64,000 nucleotides of DNA from Longimicrobiales bacterium (GTDB taxonomy: Bacteria; Gemmatimonadota; Gemmatimonadetes; Longimicrobiales; Gaopeijiaceae): the NCBI GenBank assembly GCA_965238005.1, contig OZ250165.1, positions 2,624,001-2,688,000 on the forward strand. The letters are read 5' to 3'. Under the pieces are notes generated by a model. The model was given only the letters and a program-made list of their open reading frames with translations, was not told the origin of the DNA and did no database searches. Every line of letters begins with the position of its first letter. The stretch's first letter is position 1. Made by a program: the position numbers and the translations under genes. Of the stretch, positions 30,946-41,264 are shown in pieces.

Positions 30946-31494
30946 TCAGAGAAGAGCATCCTCGACCAGGTCCGCCAGCCGCTCCGAGAGATCCAGCGCG
31001 TTCAGGTCCAGCACGGGGATCGGCACTTGGAGGTCGACGGCGTCGGTGACCAACGCCAGATAGAGCCCCGCCCCATTCCCGTCGATGCGGTAGATCGGCT
31101 CAGGGTGGGCGTCGGGGCGGTGGACCTCGATCTTCGGGATGGCGGCCTTCTTGTACCCCTCCACCACGACGATCTCGGCGTCGGAGACGAAGCGGTCCAC
31201 GACCTCCTCCAGGGTGGGCTCCCCGCCGGGACCCCACTCCCCCATCACCACCAAGTCCTCGGGTCCGACGAGAACGACACGGCGGGCCCGGCCCTCGTGT
31301 CGAAGCCGCCACGAGTCGGTCCCGGGCTTGTCGATGTCGAAGCCGTGGCCGTGCTTGATCACCATGACCCTCCGCCCTCGTCGCTGCAGGGCCGCCACGA
31401 GGCCCACGGCCACAGACGTCTTGCCGCTGTCCTTGAGCCCGATGACGCTAACAATGGGCGGGCGGGCCTCCCCCTCCCCCGGATTCGTCGTCAT
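30946..31494 (-). CDS. mobB: Molybdopterin-guanine dinucleotide biosynthesis protein B
   Basis: GLKDSGKT, IKHGH, DKPGTDS, VEGYK. Confidence 0.9.
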   Translation of the reverse strand: MTTNPGEGEARPPIVSVIGLKDSGKTSVAVGLVAALQRRGRRVMVIKHGHGFDIDKPGTDSWRLRHEGRARRVVLVGPEDLVVMGEWGPGGEPTLEEVVDRFVSDAEIVVVEGYKKAAIPKIEVHRPDAHPEPIYRIDGNGAGLYLALVTDAVDLQVPIPVLDLNALDLSERLADLVEDALL

Positions 31495-32120
31495 CGCCCG
31501 CTCCGGATCGCTGCGGCAAGCAGCTCGGCAGCTCGGGCCCCGTCGTCCTCGGTGTTGACGTTCCAGAAGGCGATCTCCGGGTCCACGACGGTGGCGACCT
31601 CGACCAGACTCACCTGCACGGCCTCGATGGCCGCCAGGAGCCCGTGCAACGAGCGGTCATCGGAGTGGAGCCGCTCTCGGATCTCGGGGAGACAAGCGGC
31701 CCTGTAGAGCGCGCAAAGGGGTTGGAGTCCATCGGGCCCCACGGGGGCCACCGCGGCCGCCGCGCCCCCAGAATCGATCACGAGACGGATCAGGTCCGCG
31801 CTCACGAGGGGCATGTCGCACCCCAGCAGGAAGACCCCATCCTCGCCACGCTCCCGCGCCCACTCCAGGGCGGTCCAAAGACCACCGAGGGGTCCCAGGC
31901 CCGGCTCCAGGTCTGGGCGAGTCGGAACCCGCAGCGCGGCCTCGATCTCCTCGTCCGGCGCAACGATCCCCACCGGAAGGTGCGCAGAGCGGAGGGCTTC
32001 CACACTCCGGCCCGCCAGGGGGACCCCACCGATGTCGGCGAGGGCCTTGGAACGACCGAACCGGCGGCTCGCCCCCCCGGCCAGGACCACGCCGAAGATG
32101 CGGTCCTTCGGCTCGCTCAC
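31491..32120 (-). CDS. mobA: Molybdenum cofactor guanylyltransferase
   Basis: LAGGASRRFG..KA, GPLGG, CDMP, QPLCALY, NVNT. Confidence 0.9.
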   Translation of the reverse strand: MSEPKDRIFGVVLAGGASRRFGRSKALADIGGVPLAGRSVEALRSAHLPVGIVAPDEEIEAALRVPTRPDLEPGLGPLGGLWTALEWARERGEDGVFLLGCDMPLVSADLIRLVIDSGGAAAAVAPVGPDGLQPLCALYRAACLPEIRERLHSDDRSLHGLLAAIEAVQVSLVEVATVVDPEIAFWNVNTEDDGARAAELLAAAIRSGR

Positions 32121-32965
32121 CCCGCAACGCGCTCCGAACCGGCGTAGACGTTGAACCCCTCTGCCCGCGTGAAGCCCAGGAGGCTCATGTTGAAGGTGCG
32201 CGCGAGGTCCACCGCAAGGCTTGAGGGGGCGCCGACCGCTGCCACGACGGGAATGCCCGCCGCCACCGCCTTCTGCATGATCTCGAAGGAGGAGCGACCC
32301 GACACCGCGAGGATGGTCCTTCCCAGCGGCAGCTCTCCGGCGAGGAAGGCCTCACCGATGACCTTGTCGACTGCGTTGTGGCGGCCCACGTCTTCCTTGA
32401 GGGAAACGAGCTCCCCGGTCTCGTCGAACCGGCCCGCCGCGTGAATGCCCCCGGTACGGTCGAAGAGTCCCTGTCCGGCCCGGAGGATCTCGGGCAGCCC
32501 GCTGAGAATCCGTGCGTCCACCCTCAGTCCCTCATCGGGCAAGGGCTCGCAGCCCCTCACCTCCACCGCCTCCAGAGACGCCTTGCCGCACACACCACAG
32601 CTCGACGTCATGTAGAAGTTCCTGGAGAGCGCTTCGGGGTCGAAGGGTGTCTCAGGGCGCAGCTTGACCTGGACGATGTTGTACGTCTGGGGTTCGTCCC
32701 CCTGGCAGTAGCTGATCTCCGCGATCTGGTCGCGATGCCGTATGATTCCCTCGCCCGACAGGAAGCCGGCGGCCAGCTCGAAGTCGTCCCCGGGGGTGCG
32801 CATCGTAACCGAGACGGCAGACGTCTGTCGCGTCCCGTTGCGCGTGTATTCCACGCGGATCTCCAGGGGCTCTTCGACCGTGACCACATCTTTGCGATCG
32901 AGGAGGCGGCCATCCACCAGCCGGGAGATGCGAACGTGCGAAAGGCCCTTCCCTGGCGAGATCAC
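32117..32965 (-). CDS. fdhD: Formate dehydrogenase accessory sulfurtransferase
   Basis: EEPLEI, TMRTPG, SSCGVCG, EDVGRHNAVDK, SGR. Confidence 0.93.
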   Translation of the reverse strand: MISPGKGLSHVRISRLVDGRLLDRKDVVTVEEPLEIRVEYTRNGTRQTSAVSVTMRTPGDDFELAAGFLSGEGIIRHRDQIAEISYCQGDEPQTYNIVQVKLRPETPFDPEALSRNFYMTSSCGVCGKASLEAVEVRGCEPLPDEGLRVDARILSGLPEILRAGQGLFDRTGGIHAAGRFDETGELVSLKEDVGRHNAVDKVIGEAFLAGELPLGRTILAVSGRSSFEIMQKAVAAGIPVVAAVGAPSSLAVDLARTFNMSLLGFTRAEGFNVYAGSERVAG

Positions 32966-33150
32966 TTGGTCAGATGCCGGAGGCCTCGCGCGGGCCCACC
33001 GATTCCCGCGATGGCCTGGGCAACCGCCACCATGGCCACACCCCCCGCCGCCTGCGAGGTCGCGCTCTCGTCGGCCTCTACCTCCTCGTAGACCGCCACG
33101 TCGAGCATGGCGGCACCGAGCATCCGGTCCATCATAGTGCGTTCAGGCAT
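32962..33150 (-). pseudogene. Truncated Yip1-family-like membrane protein (N-terminus only)
   Basis: DRMLGAAMLDVAVYEEVEADESATSQA resembles the N-terminus of bacterial Yip1-family proteins; stops after ~62 aa, overlapping the fdhD start. Confidence 0.45.
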
Positions 33151-33193
33151 GGTCAGCTCCGTCCCGTGGCATTCCGCTGCCACAGAAGATAGG

Positions 33194-34018
33194 TCAGGAA
33201 CCGCCCAAAGCGGAGGGAACGAACGCCACGATCCGCAGCGGTCCGCCGCTTCCACCGACGATCTTCATGGGCAAGGCGACCACGAACGCCCCCGACTCGG
33301 GGACCGCGCCCAGGTTGGCCACGTTCTCGAAGCCGGGAGTGTTGGACGAATAGAGGATCAGGTGCGTCTCGAAGCCGGTGGACTGGCCATAGTCGATGCT
33401 GGGCGTGTCGATGCCCACCGCTGCGACGTCACGCTGCTCGATGATCCAACGCGCCGCGTCCGGGTGGATCCCGGGAAAGTGGAGCTCGGGGACCGCGTCG
33501 GGGCCCGTGCGCTCGGTGCCCAGGTAACTCAGCCGGTCGGGCCAGCGATCTCCCCAGCCCGTGCGGAAGAGAAGGATGGACCCGTCGGGGATCCGTCCGT
33601 GCTCGGCCTCCCATGCCTCCATATCGCCGGCGGAGATCAGGTAGTCCGGCGTGGCCTGGGCGGACACGTCCACGACGACGGCCGGAGCGATCAGTCGGTC
33701 CAGAGGAATCTCGTCCGCCGTCATGCCACCACGGAAGAAGTGGAAGGGCGCATCCAGATGGGTTCCGCCGTGCTCGGCGGTCGAGACGTTGTAGGCACTG
33801 TAAAAGTAACCGGCGTCGGTCTCGCCATAGGCCACTTCATCCAGTCGAAATCCGTCGGCCGTCGGCCAGTAGATGGTCTCCTCCGAGTAGGCGTAGCTGA
33901 GGTCGACCCAGCGACCACCCGACCCGTCGAAGACGGCGGAAAAGTTCGGCTGCCCGGTGGGTGCCTGACAACCCATGAGCGCCATCAAGGCCCCGACGCA
34001 CACCAGTGATCCACGCAT
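33194..34018 (-). CDS. Cyclase-family metal-dependent hydrolase (kynurenine formamidase-like), lipoprotein
   Basis: EHGGTHLDAPFHF, GIDTPSID, EN..NL, LPMKI.GGSGGP; LMGC lipobox. Confidence 0.88.
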   Translation of the reverse strand: MRGSLVCVGALMALMGCQAPTGQPNFSAVFDGSGGRWVDLSYAYSEETIYWPTADGFRLDEVAYGETDAGYFYSAYNVSTAEHGGTHLDAPFHFFRGGMTADEIPLDRLIAPAVVVDVSAQATPDYLISAGDMEAWEAEHGRIPDGSILLFRTGWGDRWPDRLSYLGTERTGPDAVPELHFPGIHPDAARWIIEQRDVAAVGIDTPSIDYGQSTGFETHLILYSSNTPGFENVANLGAVPESGAFVVALPMKIVGGSGGPLRIVAFVPSALGGS

Positions 34019-34285
34019 GACGATCTCCTCTCTGCTGGGTCGGCCACGGGTCTCTTCACGGAAGCGGTCCTTGTGACGGGGATCGGTGCCCTGGCCCCGT
34101 CGAATCCGGTCTCGATCTCCAGAATCCGCCCGAAGCTTCTGATGGTCCGTCCGACCCCGCAACGCTGGTGGGAGTAGTGGCACTACCACTCGGGGCGGCC
34201 TGGTTGGCGAGCTACGTTCCGGCGAAGCGGACCTCACGGATCGACCCCATCCTCGCTATGAAGGCGGAGTAATACGGCGAGATGG

Positions 34286-34570
34286 TCAGTCTTCCAGCAA
34301 GGGCCTCTTGGCGTCCTTCGCTCCGAGAGCGACTCCGGTCCCAACACCGGCTCCCACCGCGATGGCGGTCCCCACACCCACGAGCGGAAGTACAGCCACC
34401 AACGGAGAAGCGACGATGGTCGCGGCCACCCCAGCGGCCAAAGCGAGTCCCGGCTTCTCCACGATGCTCGTGAAACGCAGACGACGACCGACGAACTTCC
34501 GACTCTTCACGTGTCCGAAGACGCCCGCCGCAGTCGCCAAGCCTAAGCTGATCAGCCCGAACATCATCAA
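34286..34570 (-). CDS. Small membrane protein
   Basis: Hydrophobic Gly/Ala-rich 94-aa ORF. Confidence 0.55.
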   Translation of the reverse strand: MMMFGLISLGLATAAGVFGHVKSRKFVGRRLRFTSIVEKPGLALAAGVAATIVASPLVAVLPLVGVGTAIAVGAGVGTGVALGAKDAKRPLLED

Positions 34571-34668
34571 GTCCTAACCCAAGAGTTCTCTTGGCCGAGA
34601 TCACCGACCCACATCCTTCATACCCCTACGGACCCCCGCGAGGATCCGTTTCGATGGGCCCGAAGGGA

Positions 34669-34697
34669 GCCAAGTGGGCGGTATCGGATTGACCTGC
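34669..34697 (-). repeat. Degenerate copy of the tRNA-Val 3'-end att repeat
   Basis: gccaagtgggcggt identical to 34804-34817, then a mismatched T-arm (atcggatt-gacctgc vs ggcagattcgaactgc). Confidence 0.6.
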
Positions 34698-34805
34698 GCC
34701 CGCTTCGCGGTGCTCGGTCGTCTCGGCGACTCTCACCCTGATCTCCGAGACCCTCCCGGCGCCTCGGCTCGAACCGGACCACACAGGCCGTTTCACACAC
34801 CATGC

Positions 34806-34852
34806 CAAGTGGGCGGTGGCAGATTCGAACTGCCGACCTCCTGGGTGTAAAG
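34806..34852 (-). repeat. att repeat: 3' half of tRNA-Val(TAC)
   Basis: Minus strand TTTACAC CCAGG AGGTC GGCAG TTCGAAT CTGCC ACCGCCCA; 5' half absent; 47 bp identical to 46952-46998. Confidence 0.85.
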
Positions 34853-35209
34853 AATGCTCTGGACCGGTGGCGGCGCAAGCCAGAAACGGCGTAATCCCTT
34901 GTACTACCTCACCGAGTGGGTTCAACAACAACCGAATCCAACCGCTTGGGAGACGAATAATCACCGTTCTTAACCGGTTTCTGAGATGCAAACGGGATGC
35001 AAAGGCTAGGAGCAAGCGCGAGGCCCTACTCCACCATCACCAGCTTGACCGTCTCACTACAAAACGGCATCGGCAACTGCCCAGGCTCATCCGTCACCAC
35101 CTCGAACTCCTCATGCTCCCGCATCATGCGCAGGAACCAATCGTAGGCTTCGCGAGCAGAGTGGATGCCATAGGATGGGGAGATTCTGAACGTCACCTGA
35201 GTTGGCTCC

Positions 35210-35563
35210 ATGGAGCCGCCAGGATACTCGCAGGATCTGGACATCCACGTCATCCTCGATAACTACGCCACGCACAAACATCCCAAGGTGCAACAGTGGC
35301 TCCACCGTCATCGGCGAGTCCATTTCCATTTCACGCCCACCTCCGCGTCCTGGCTCAATCTTGTCGAACGGCTCTTCAGCGAACTCACCGAGCGACAACT
35401 GCGGCGCCTCGCCGTCACCAGTGTCGACGAGTTGATCCAAGCCATCACCGACTACATCGAGTGTCGCAACGAAAACCCCAAACCATTCACCTGGACAGCC
35501 ACCGTCCGTCAGATTCTCAAGAAGCTGAACAAAGCCAATGAGACTTTGGCGACACTACACTAG
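35210..35563 (+). pseudogene. IS630-family transposase, C-terminal fragment
   Basis: HVILDNYATHK, HFTPTSASWLNLVER, PKPFTW; ends ..acactacacTAG. Confidence 0.85.
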
Positions 35564-35761
35564 ATGGAACGCCTACTCCAACTGATCCACGGGATACTCC
35601 CCCGCAGTCTGTGGCAGGTGCTTGGGATCTATCTTTCCTGAATTCGAGTTTTGGCTATCGGGTGCCGATTGGTACTGCTCCCGAGGTGACTCGTTCTCAC
35701 GGTATACGTTGTTTGGCCCATATGATGGGGCACCGCTCCTCTCGCTTTCGGGACACACTCG

Positions 35762-35851
35762 ATGTCCGACGCCACCTCTCGCCTAAACGCCGCCCTAGAA
35801 GGCCGCTACGCCATCGAGCGTGAGCTGGGCGAGGAGATGAAGCAGGAATGA
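35762..35851 (+). other. Ser/Thr kinase N-terminal stub A (29 aa)
   Basis: MSDATSRLNAALEGRYAIERELGEEMKQE*; stop overlaps ATG of the LRR gene (ATGA). Confidence 0.8.
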
Positions 35852-36091
35852 ATCGCCGTATACTGCCGCTCCTTATGGGCTCGCTTCTTCTCCTGCTGGG
35901 CTGGGGGTGTAACGACGACCCTACCGGCCCAACCGATCCGTTCTGTAGCAGCCAGCCAGCCTCGGCCATCGTGACGTTCGAGGACGCCAACTTGGAGGCA
36001 CAGGTTCGGGCTGCACTCTCGGTCGGTGCTCAGGAGGATCTCACCTGCGGCCTGGTATCTGGGGTGGGGGTCCTACGTAACAACATCCTAG

Positions 36092-37692
36092 GAGTCTGCG
36101 CCGCAGAACCCTGCGGCGGCTATCTTTGGTGGTAGCGAAGGCATTGGGAAGGCTTGCGGATCACCGAGGGGGGTGAATGGGAACGACATTTCGACCGTAC
36201 GATCCGGAGCAGATGTTGTTGCTGCCTCCGGATCTTCGGGAGTGGGTGTCGGAGGGTCATTTGGCGCACCATGTGAGCGACCTGGTGGACGCGGTGGAGC
36301 TGAGCGCGTTCTACGGGCGGTACCGGGGGGACGGGCGGCGCAACTCGCCGTACGACCCTCGGATGATGGTCAAGGTGCTGATCTACGCGTATGCGACGGG
36401 CACCTTCTCGTCGCGGAAGATGGCGAGGAAGCTGGAGGAGGATGTCGCGTTTCGGATGCTGGCGGCGGAGAACTTCCCGAAGCACCGGACGCTGTGCGAG
36501 TTCCGCAAGCGCCATCTCGGGGATTTCCGGGCGGTGTTTGTGGAGGTGGTGATGCTCGCGCGGGCCTTGGGGCTGGCGGGGCTTGGCAGGGTGTCGGTGG
36601 ACGGGACGAAGGTTCGGGCGAACGCGAACAAGCGCAAGGCGATGAGCTACGGCCGGATGGTGACCGGGGAGCCTCGGCTGGAGGCGGAGATCCGGGGGCT
36701 GTTGGAGAGGGCCGAGGCGGTGGACGAAGCGGAAGACGAGCGCTACGGCGAGGAAGCATGCGGAGACGAGGTGCCGGAGGAGCTCAAGCGGCGCGAGGAC
36801 CGGCTGGCGGCGATCCGGGAGGCGAAGGCGCGCCTGGAAGCCGAGCAGAGAGCGGCGGACGACGCACGGGGCCGCAAGCCGGGGCAGACGCGCAACCCGA
36901 AGGGCGGCAGGCCCTACAAGCGGGAGTACGGAGAGCCGGACGAGGCGGCGCAGAGCAACTTCACGGACCCTGAGAGCCGGATCATGAAGACGAGTTCGGA
37001 GGGGTTCCAGCAGTGCTACAACGCACAGACGGTCGTGGAGGGGGAGAACCAGCTGGTGGTCGGGGCCGAGGTGACGGACAACGCGAGCGACCAGGGCCAG
37101 CTGGTGCCCATGGTCGACGCGGTGGCGCAAGCGTACGGCGAGATGCCGGCGCAGGTGCTGGCGGACACAGGCTATTGCAACGAGCGGGATCTCGAGGAAC
37201 TGGAAGAGCGAGACATCGACGGGTATGTGGCGCTGGCCCGGGAGGGCAAGGCCGCCCCCACGGTTGACAAGGAGGAATATCCGGCGAAAGTCCGCATGGC
37301 GGAGAAGCTGGCGAGCGAAGATGGCCGCAGACGCTACGCACGGCGAAAGTCGCAGGCCGAGGCGCCCATCGGCTGGATCAAGGAAGTGATGGGCTTTCGA
37401 CGATTCAGCTTCCGGGGCCTCGAGAAGGTCCGGGCCGAGTGGACCCTCGTGTGCCTGGCACTCAATGTGAAGCGGCTGCACACCCTTCAGGCGGCATGAC
37501 TGCACGAGGGTTCACCCGCATCTGCCGGCGCGAGGGCTCTCGTAGCTCTCTTGCCCCCCCAACGCATCCATTCCGCTCTCCCGATCCGTCGCAGACACAA
37601 GTCCTCAACCTCCCAATCACCCGGATCCGCCTCGCCGCGGACGGCTCGATGACCATTCGGCTCAGTCAGCTGTGCTTCTGCGGCGCAGACTC
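36092..37692 (+). mobile_element. IS1182-family insertion sequence
   Basis: Terminal IRs GAGTCTGCGCCGCAGAA / TTCTGCGGCGCAGACTC, flanking CTAG duplication. Confidence 0.9.
36177..37499 (+). CDS. IS1182-family transposase
   Basis: YDPRMMVKVLIYAY, SSRKM, VDGTKVRANA, NFTDPESRIMK, ADTGY. Confidence 0.92.
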   Translation: MGTTFRPYDPEQMLLLPPDLREWVSEGHLAHHVSDLVDAVELSAFYGRYRGDGRRNSPYDPRMMVKVLIYAYATGTFSSRKMARKLEEDVAFRMLAAENFPKHRTLCEFRKRHLGDFRAVFVEVVMLARALGLAGLGRVSVDGTKVRANANKRKAMSYGRMVTGEPRLEAEIRGLLERAEAVDEAEDERYGEEACGDEVPEELKRREDRLAAIREAKARLEAEQRAADDARGRKPGQTRNPKGGRPYKREYGEPDEAAQSNFTDPESRIMKTSSEGFQQCYNAQTVVEGENQLVVGAEVTDNASDQGQLVPMVDAVAQAYGEMPAQVLADTGYCNERDLEELEERDIDGYVALAREGKAAPTVDKEEYPAKVRMAEKLASEDGRRRYARRKSQAEAPIGWIKEVMGFRRFSFRGLEKVRAEWTLVCLALNVKRLHTLQAA

Positions 37693-38344
37693 CTAGCGCC
37701 CGGAATCAGGAGCTTGGCAGGCATCGAGCACCTCACCAGCCTCGTCGAACTCAGCATCGGCTTCAGCTCGATTACGGACATCAGCCCATTGAGCGGACTG
37801 ACAAGCCTAAGGGTCCTCCGCCTCGGTTTCAACTCGATCACGGACATCAGCCCGCTGAGCGGGCTAACGCGCCTGACTGGTCTTTTCCTCCGAGGCAACT
37901 CAATCACCGACATCAGCCCGCTGAGCGGGCTCACGAGCCTGACGGACCTCAGCCTCCGTGACAACTCGATCAGCGACATTAGTGCGCTGAGCGGGCTCAC
38001 GCGTCTGACGACCCTGCGGCTCGACAACAACTCCGACCTCAGCGACATCCAGCCCCTGCTGGACAACACAGGGCTTGGAGCGGGCGACGAGGTCAACCTC
38101 GTTGGCACGGGCGTGAGTTGTACAGACGTGGCTGCCCTGGAAGCCAAGGGAGTGAGCGTGACGTCCGACTGCCGTGACGACGCGCTCGTCACGATGAACC
38201 GAGCCCGCTCGTTACGTATTCGAGTGAGACATTATGAGACCTACGGAAAGACAGGACGGGTCAGGGGTGCGTACGATAGGTGTGTGGTGGGTCAGCGTTG
38301 CGAGGGCTTCGCTCGATTGCCTTACGCCGTCGTTACGGGAGGCT

Positions 38345-38824
38345 ATGATGAGACCAATCGCCATCATATTGATGTGTGCTTTTTGTGCCGCCGAATCCAA
38401 GGCGCAGGTTGCTGTTGAGTTGTCTTACGGCGCTGATCGCAACGTTGAATCTGCGCAGTCAGAACGCGATGGCTGGTTGAACGGAACCGTGGAGTGGATG
38501 TTTCCCTCCGGGCTAGGGGTCGGGATCGGGACGGATCACCAATTCGAGGGCGCCGCGTTAAGCACCAGCGATCATCTCGGCTGGGCCATCTATTTGTCCA
38601 CAAGCTACGAGTATCCTACGCGCATAGTGGCTCCATTTGTTCGGGGCGGGGTCGGGCTTGGTCGGGCGCCCTGCGAGGGCGACGTTTGTAGGAGTGGTGC
38701 GCATTTGCGTGGCTCGGCGGGAGTCAGGATACGCATCGTCGAGGCACTGCGCGTCTCAGGCGAGCTTGGAATCAGTCGGGTGAGCCGACCGTTCGGCGGT
38801 GCTGGCGTATCATTTCGATTCTAG
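38345..38824 (+). CDS. Small outer-membrane beta-barrel-like protein
   Basis: Signal peptide, alternating beta strands, C-terminal GAGVSFRF. Confidence 0.6.
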   Translation: MMRPIAIILMCAFCAAESKAQVAVELSYGADRNVESAQSERDGWLNGTVEWMFPSGLGVGIGTDHQFEGAALSTSDHLGWAIYLSTSYEYPTRIVAPFVRGGVGLGRAPCEGDVCRSGAHLRGSAGVRIRIVEALRVSGELGISRVSRPFGGAGVSFRF

Positions 38825-38847
38825 AGCAACTCGCCCACGACCCTCCC

Positions 38848-39366
38848 ATGAGCCGCCGGGGCGGTACGAGTGGCGGAGGCGATCTCACGCTCGAACTTGC
38901 CGCAGGAACCGAGGTGGCCGCGATTGTGCCGGAAGAGCCCGCCTCGTGGCATATGGCCGGTGTGGTCACAGCCGATCTGACTGCTGCGCGTAATGCCGGT
39001 GCAGAACTGGACTACGTTCAGCTCTACCGGACAAATAGTGACCATCAGAGATTTGAGGAGAAGATTGCCCGAATCAGCAGCCCCGTCCTGATCGTGCAGG
39101 GTGATCGTCCGTCTAGGCTCACCCGTTTCAACGCTGAGGTGCTAATCCCTGAACTCCGGGCCGCAGGTAAGTCCCTGGAGGTGATAACGTATCCGGGCGA
39201 GCCTCATTCCTTTGCCTTCTACAGTATTCCTTCGCGAACACCCCGACCGGCCGTAGCCCTCAAAGCGTTCCAAGACATCGACGCCTTTATCCGGCGATAT
39301 GTCGAGACGCAGCCGGAGCCGATTGCGCCGAGTCTCGTACAACACGTCCCCGTGGGGTCTGAATAG
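38848..39366 (+). pseudogene. Alpha/beta hydrolase (dienelactone hydrolase/peptidase S9-like) C-terminal fragment
   Basis: PVLIVQGD and YPGEPHSF present; no GxSxG nucleophile region. Confidence 0.55.
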
Positions 39367-39409
39367 TGGCGTTCAGTTGGTTCACGGCGGAGATCGAGCC
39401 CGCAACTCC

Positions 39410-39822
39410 TTCGTGAGCGATTTAAGCCACGAGGACGCTCCACCGACTCGGGGACGACCGGTCGAAGGCCTGATCGTCCATCACGACCAGGACAGCGTCT
39501 TCACGAGCTACGCATGGACGGCCCAGTTGCTCCTGGCCGACGATGTTCGGATCTCCTACGCCCTTCGCGGGGCGCGCGACAACCCGGAGATCGAGAGCTT
39601 CCACGGGCGCTTCAAAGAAGAGAATCGCTCGCTCTTCCTCGACGCCGAAGATCTCAGCGAACTCCAGGCCGTGGTCGCTCGGCGCATCCGCTATTACAAT
39701 CGTGAGCGAAGACACTCGAGCCTGGGCAACCGTTCTCCGCTGGCTTTCCTCTCCCTCGGCGGAGGGGTGGAGGATTCACAAAGCTAGGGGGTCAACTCTG
39801 TCCAACTTTCGGGGCGCACTTC
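39410..39822 (+). pseudogene. IS3-family transposase core fragment with right end
   Basis: HHDQDSVFTS, DNPEIESFHGRFKEE, YYNRERRHSSLG; IR-like tgtccaactttcggggcgcact; left boundary approximate. Confidence 0.8.
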
Positions 39823-39870
39823 CGAGACGTTAGGGAGCACCAGACTCACGACGACGGGGGAGCTATACCG

Positions 39871-40383
39871 ATGAGACCGACTCGACAAGACTTTTTTCCG
39901 ATCGTTGTTGCGAGCTGTGCCATCGCCTTCCTCGGTGCGTGTCAGACCGCGCCGCCGGAAGACCAGATGGAACCACACCTGACTGGTGGGACGGATGTAG
40001 AGCGTGGTCGGTACTTGGCCATCATCGCCGGCTGTAATGACTGTCATACGGACGGCTATCTCCAAACGGATGGCGATGTCCCGGAGGAGCAGTGGCTCCT
40101 CGGGTCACCAGTCGGATGGCGTGGGCCGTGGGGAACGACGTACCCACCCAATCTCCGTCTTACGGTCCTGACCGAAGATCAATGGGTCGCGCAAGTACAC
40201 ACGCGAACAGCGTTGCCGCCAATGCCGTGGATGAACCTAAACCAACTGGCCGAATCCGATGCGCGTGCGCTGTTCCGGTACATCGTCTCGCTTGGACCCG
40301 GAGGGGAAGTGATGCCTACCGCGCTTCCCCCGGACGTGGAGCCGACCACTCCCTACTTATCGCTGATGCCCGTCGTCCCTTGA
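39871..40383 (+). CDS. c-type cytochrome lipoprotein
   Basis: LGAC lipobox, ERGRYL, CNDCH heme motif, GPWGTTYPPNL, PPMPW. Confidence 0.85.
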   Translation: MRPTRQDFFPIVVASCAIAFLGACQTAPPEDQMEPHLTGGTDVERGRYLAIIAGCNDCHTDGYLQTDGDVPEEQWLLGSPVGWRGPWGTTYPPNLRLTVLTEDQWVAQVHTRTALPPMPWMNLNQLAESDARALFRYIVSLGPGGEVMPTALPPDVEPTTPYLSLMPVVP

Positions 40384-40582
40384 GCGTGGGGCGCTGGCCG
40401 TGCTCGTCGTGTACGCCGGTGCTGCCATCCTTGCGTGGCAGTTGGCGCGCCCTGAATCTCGCGCAGCCGCATAACACTTACCTGGACCCCGAAACAAGGA
40501 CGACACCTGCTGGCTCGTGCCGGCGCCGCGGCACATCTTCCACATGGCCAGAACGCGTCTCTAGCACCAAGGAGGTAGTGCT

Positions 40583-40909
40583 ATGAAGCTCTCATGGAAA
40601 AGGCTGGCAATCGCAGCCGGCATCGGGTGGGGAGGCTCTGTTCTGCTGGTTGGCATCCTCAACCTCATCTGGCCGTCCTATGGAGTCGCGTTTCTCGATC
40701 TTGTGCGGTCGATCTATCCTGGCTACACGGACGCAGGTGGGTTCGGCGGGGTGATCGTAGGCACGCTCTACGCCCTAGTGGACGGCGCGATCGGAGGTGC
40801 GATACTTGCGTGGCTCTACAATGTGGCTCGTCCATCCGGCGTGGACGCGTCCATGGACCCACTTCCGGCGACGCCACCCACGGGTCCCAGGGACTTGGAC
40901 GCGGTGTAG
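40583..40909 (+). CDS. Small membrane protein
   Basis: AAGGAGG RBS; hydrophobic segments, SIYPGY, AWLYN. Confidence 0.7.
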   Translation: MKLSWKRLAIAAGIGWGGSVLLVGILNLIWPSYGVAFLDLVRSIYPGYTDAGGFGGVIVGTLYALVDGAIGGAILAWLYNVARPSGVDASMDPLPATPPTGPRDLDAV

Positions 40910-40997
40910 CCTATCGAGATAGGGCGGTGAGGCTGGCGAGCGAAGGCAGGGCCTAGGCGACTTCCAGCCTAGGGACATTCTCGAAGCCGCGAGACCG

Positions 40998-41202
40998 ATG
41001 GCTAAGCGTTCCATCCTCCATGTCCGTCAGATCGGCGACTGCTGGGCAGTTCGTCGATGGGACACGGCTGTGGACGCGCTTCGATAATGTGTCCGAGGAG
41101 GAAGCGGTCAGCGGTGCCTTCCAACTTGCTGAGGAATTCGAGCCGAGCGTGGTGATCGTGCACCATGAGCATGGGCCTCCGATGCGTCGGGAATTCGGCT
41201 GA
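40998..41202 (+). pseudogene. Frameshifted DUF2188-like small protein
   Basis: MAKRSILHVRQIGDCWAVRR in one frame, EEEAVSGAFQLAEEFEPSVVIVHHEHG in another; family call from memory only. Confidence 0.35.
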
Positions 41203-41264
41203 TGATGGGCTCTACGTGAGAGGTGCCACCGAGTGAAGCGATCTCTGGGCCCTCGCCTGCAATC

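Larger units (their letters stand above)
35848..38418 (+). pseudogene. Internalin-like leucine-rich-repeat lipoprotein interrupted by IS1182
   Basis: Signal peptide with Cys (LLGWGC), FEDANLE cap, 22-aa NSITDISPLSGLTxLxxLxL repeats; removing the IS rejoins NNIL|APGIRSL in frame. Confidence 0.85.

Noticed and set aside
34806..34880. Intact tRNA-Val gene at either att copy
   Set aside because: Sequence beyond the anticodon loop does not pair with CCAGG and there is no D-arm or acceptor 5' strand at 34852+ or 46998+
37750..38050. CRISPR-like array (66-bp period)
   Set aside because: Repeats are degenerate, in frame and encode LRR units; no unique spacers or cas genes
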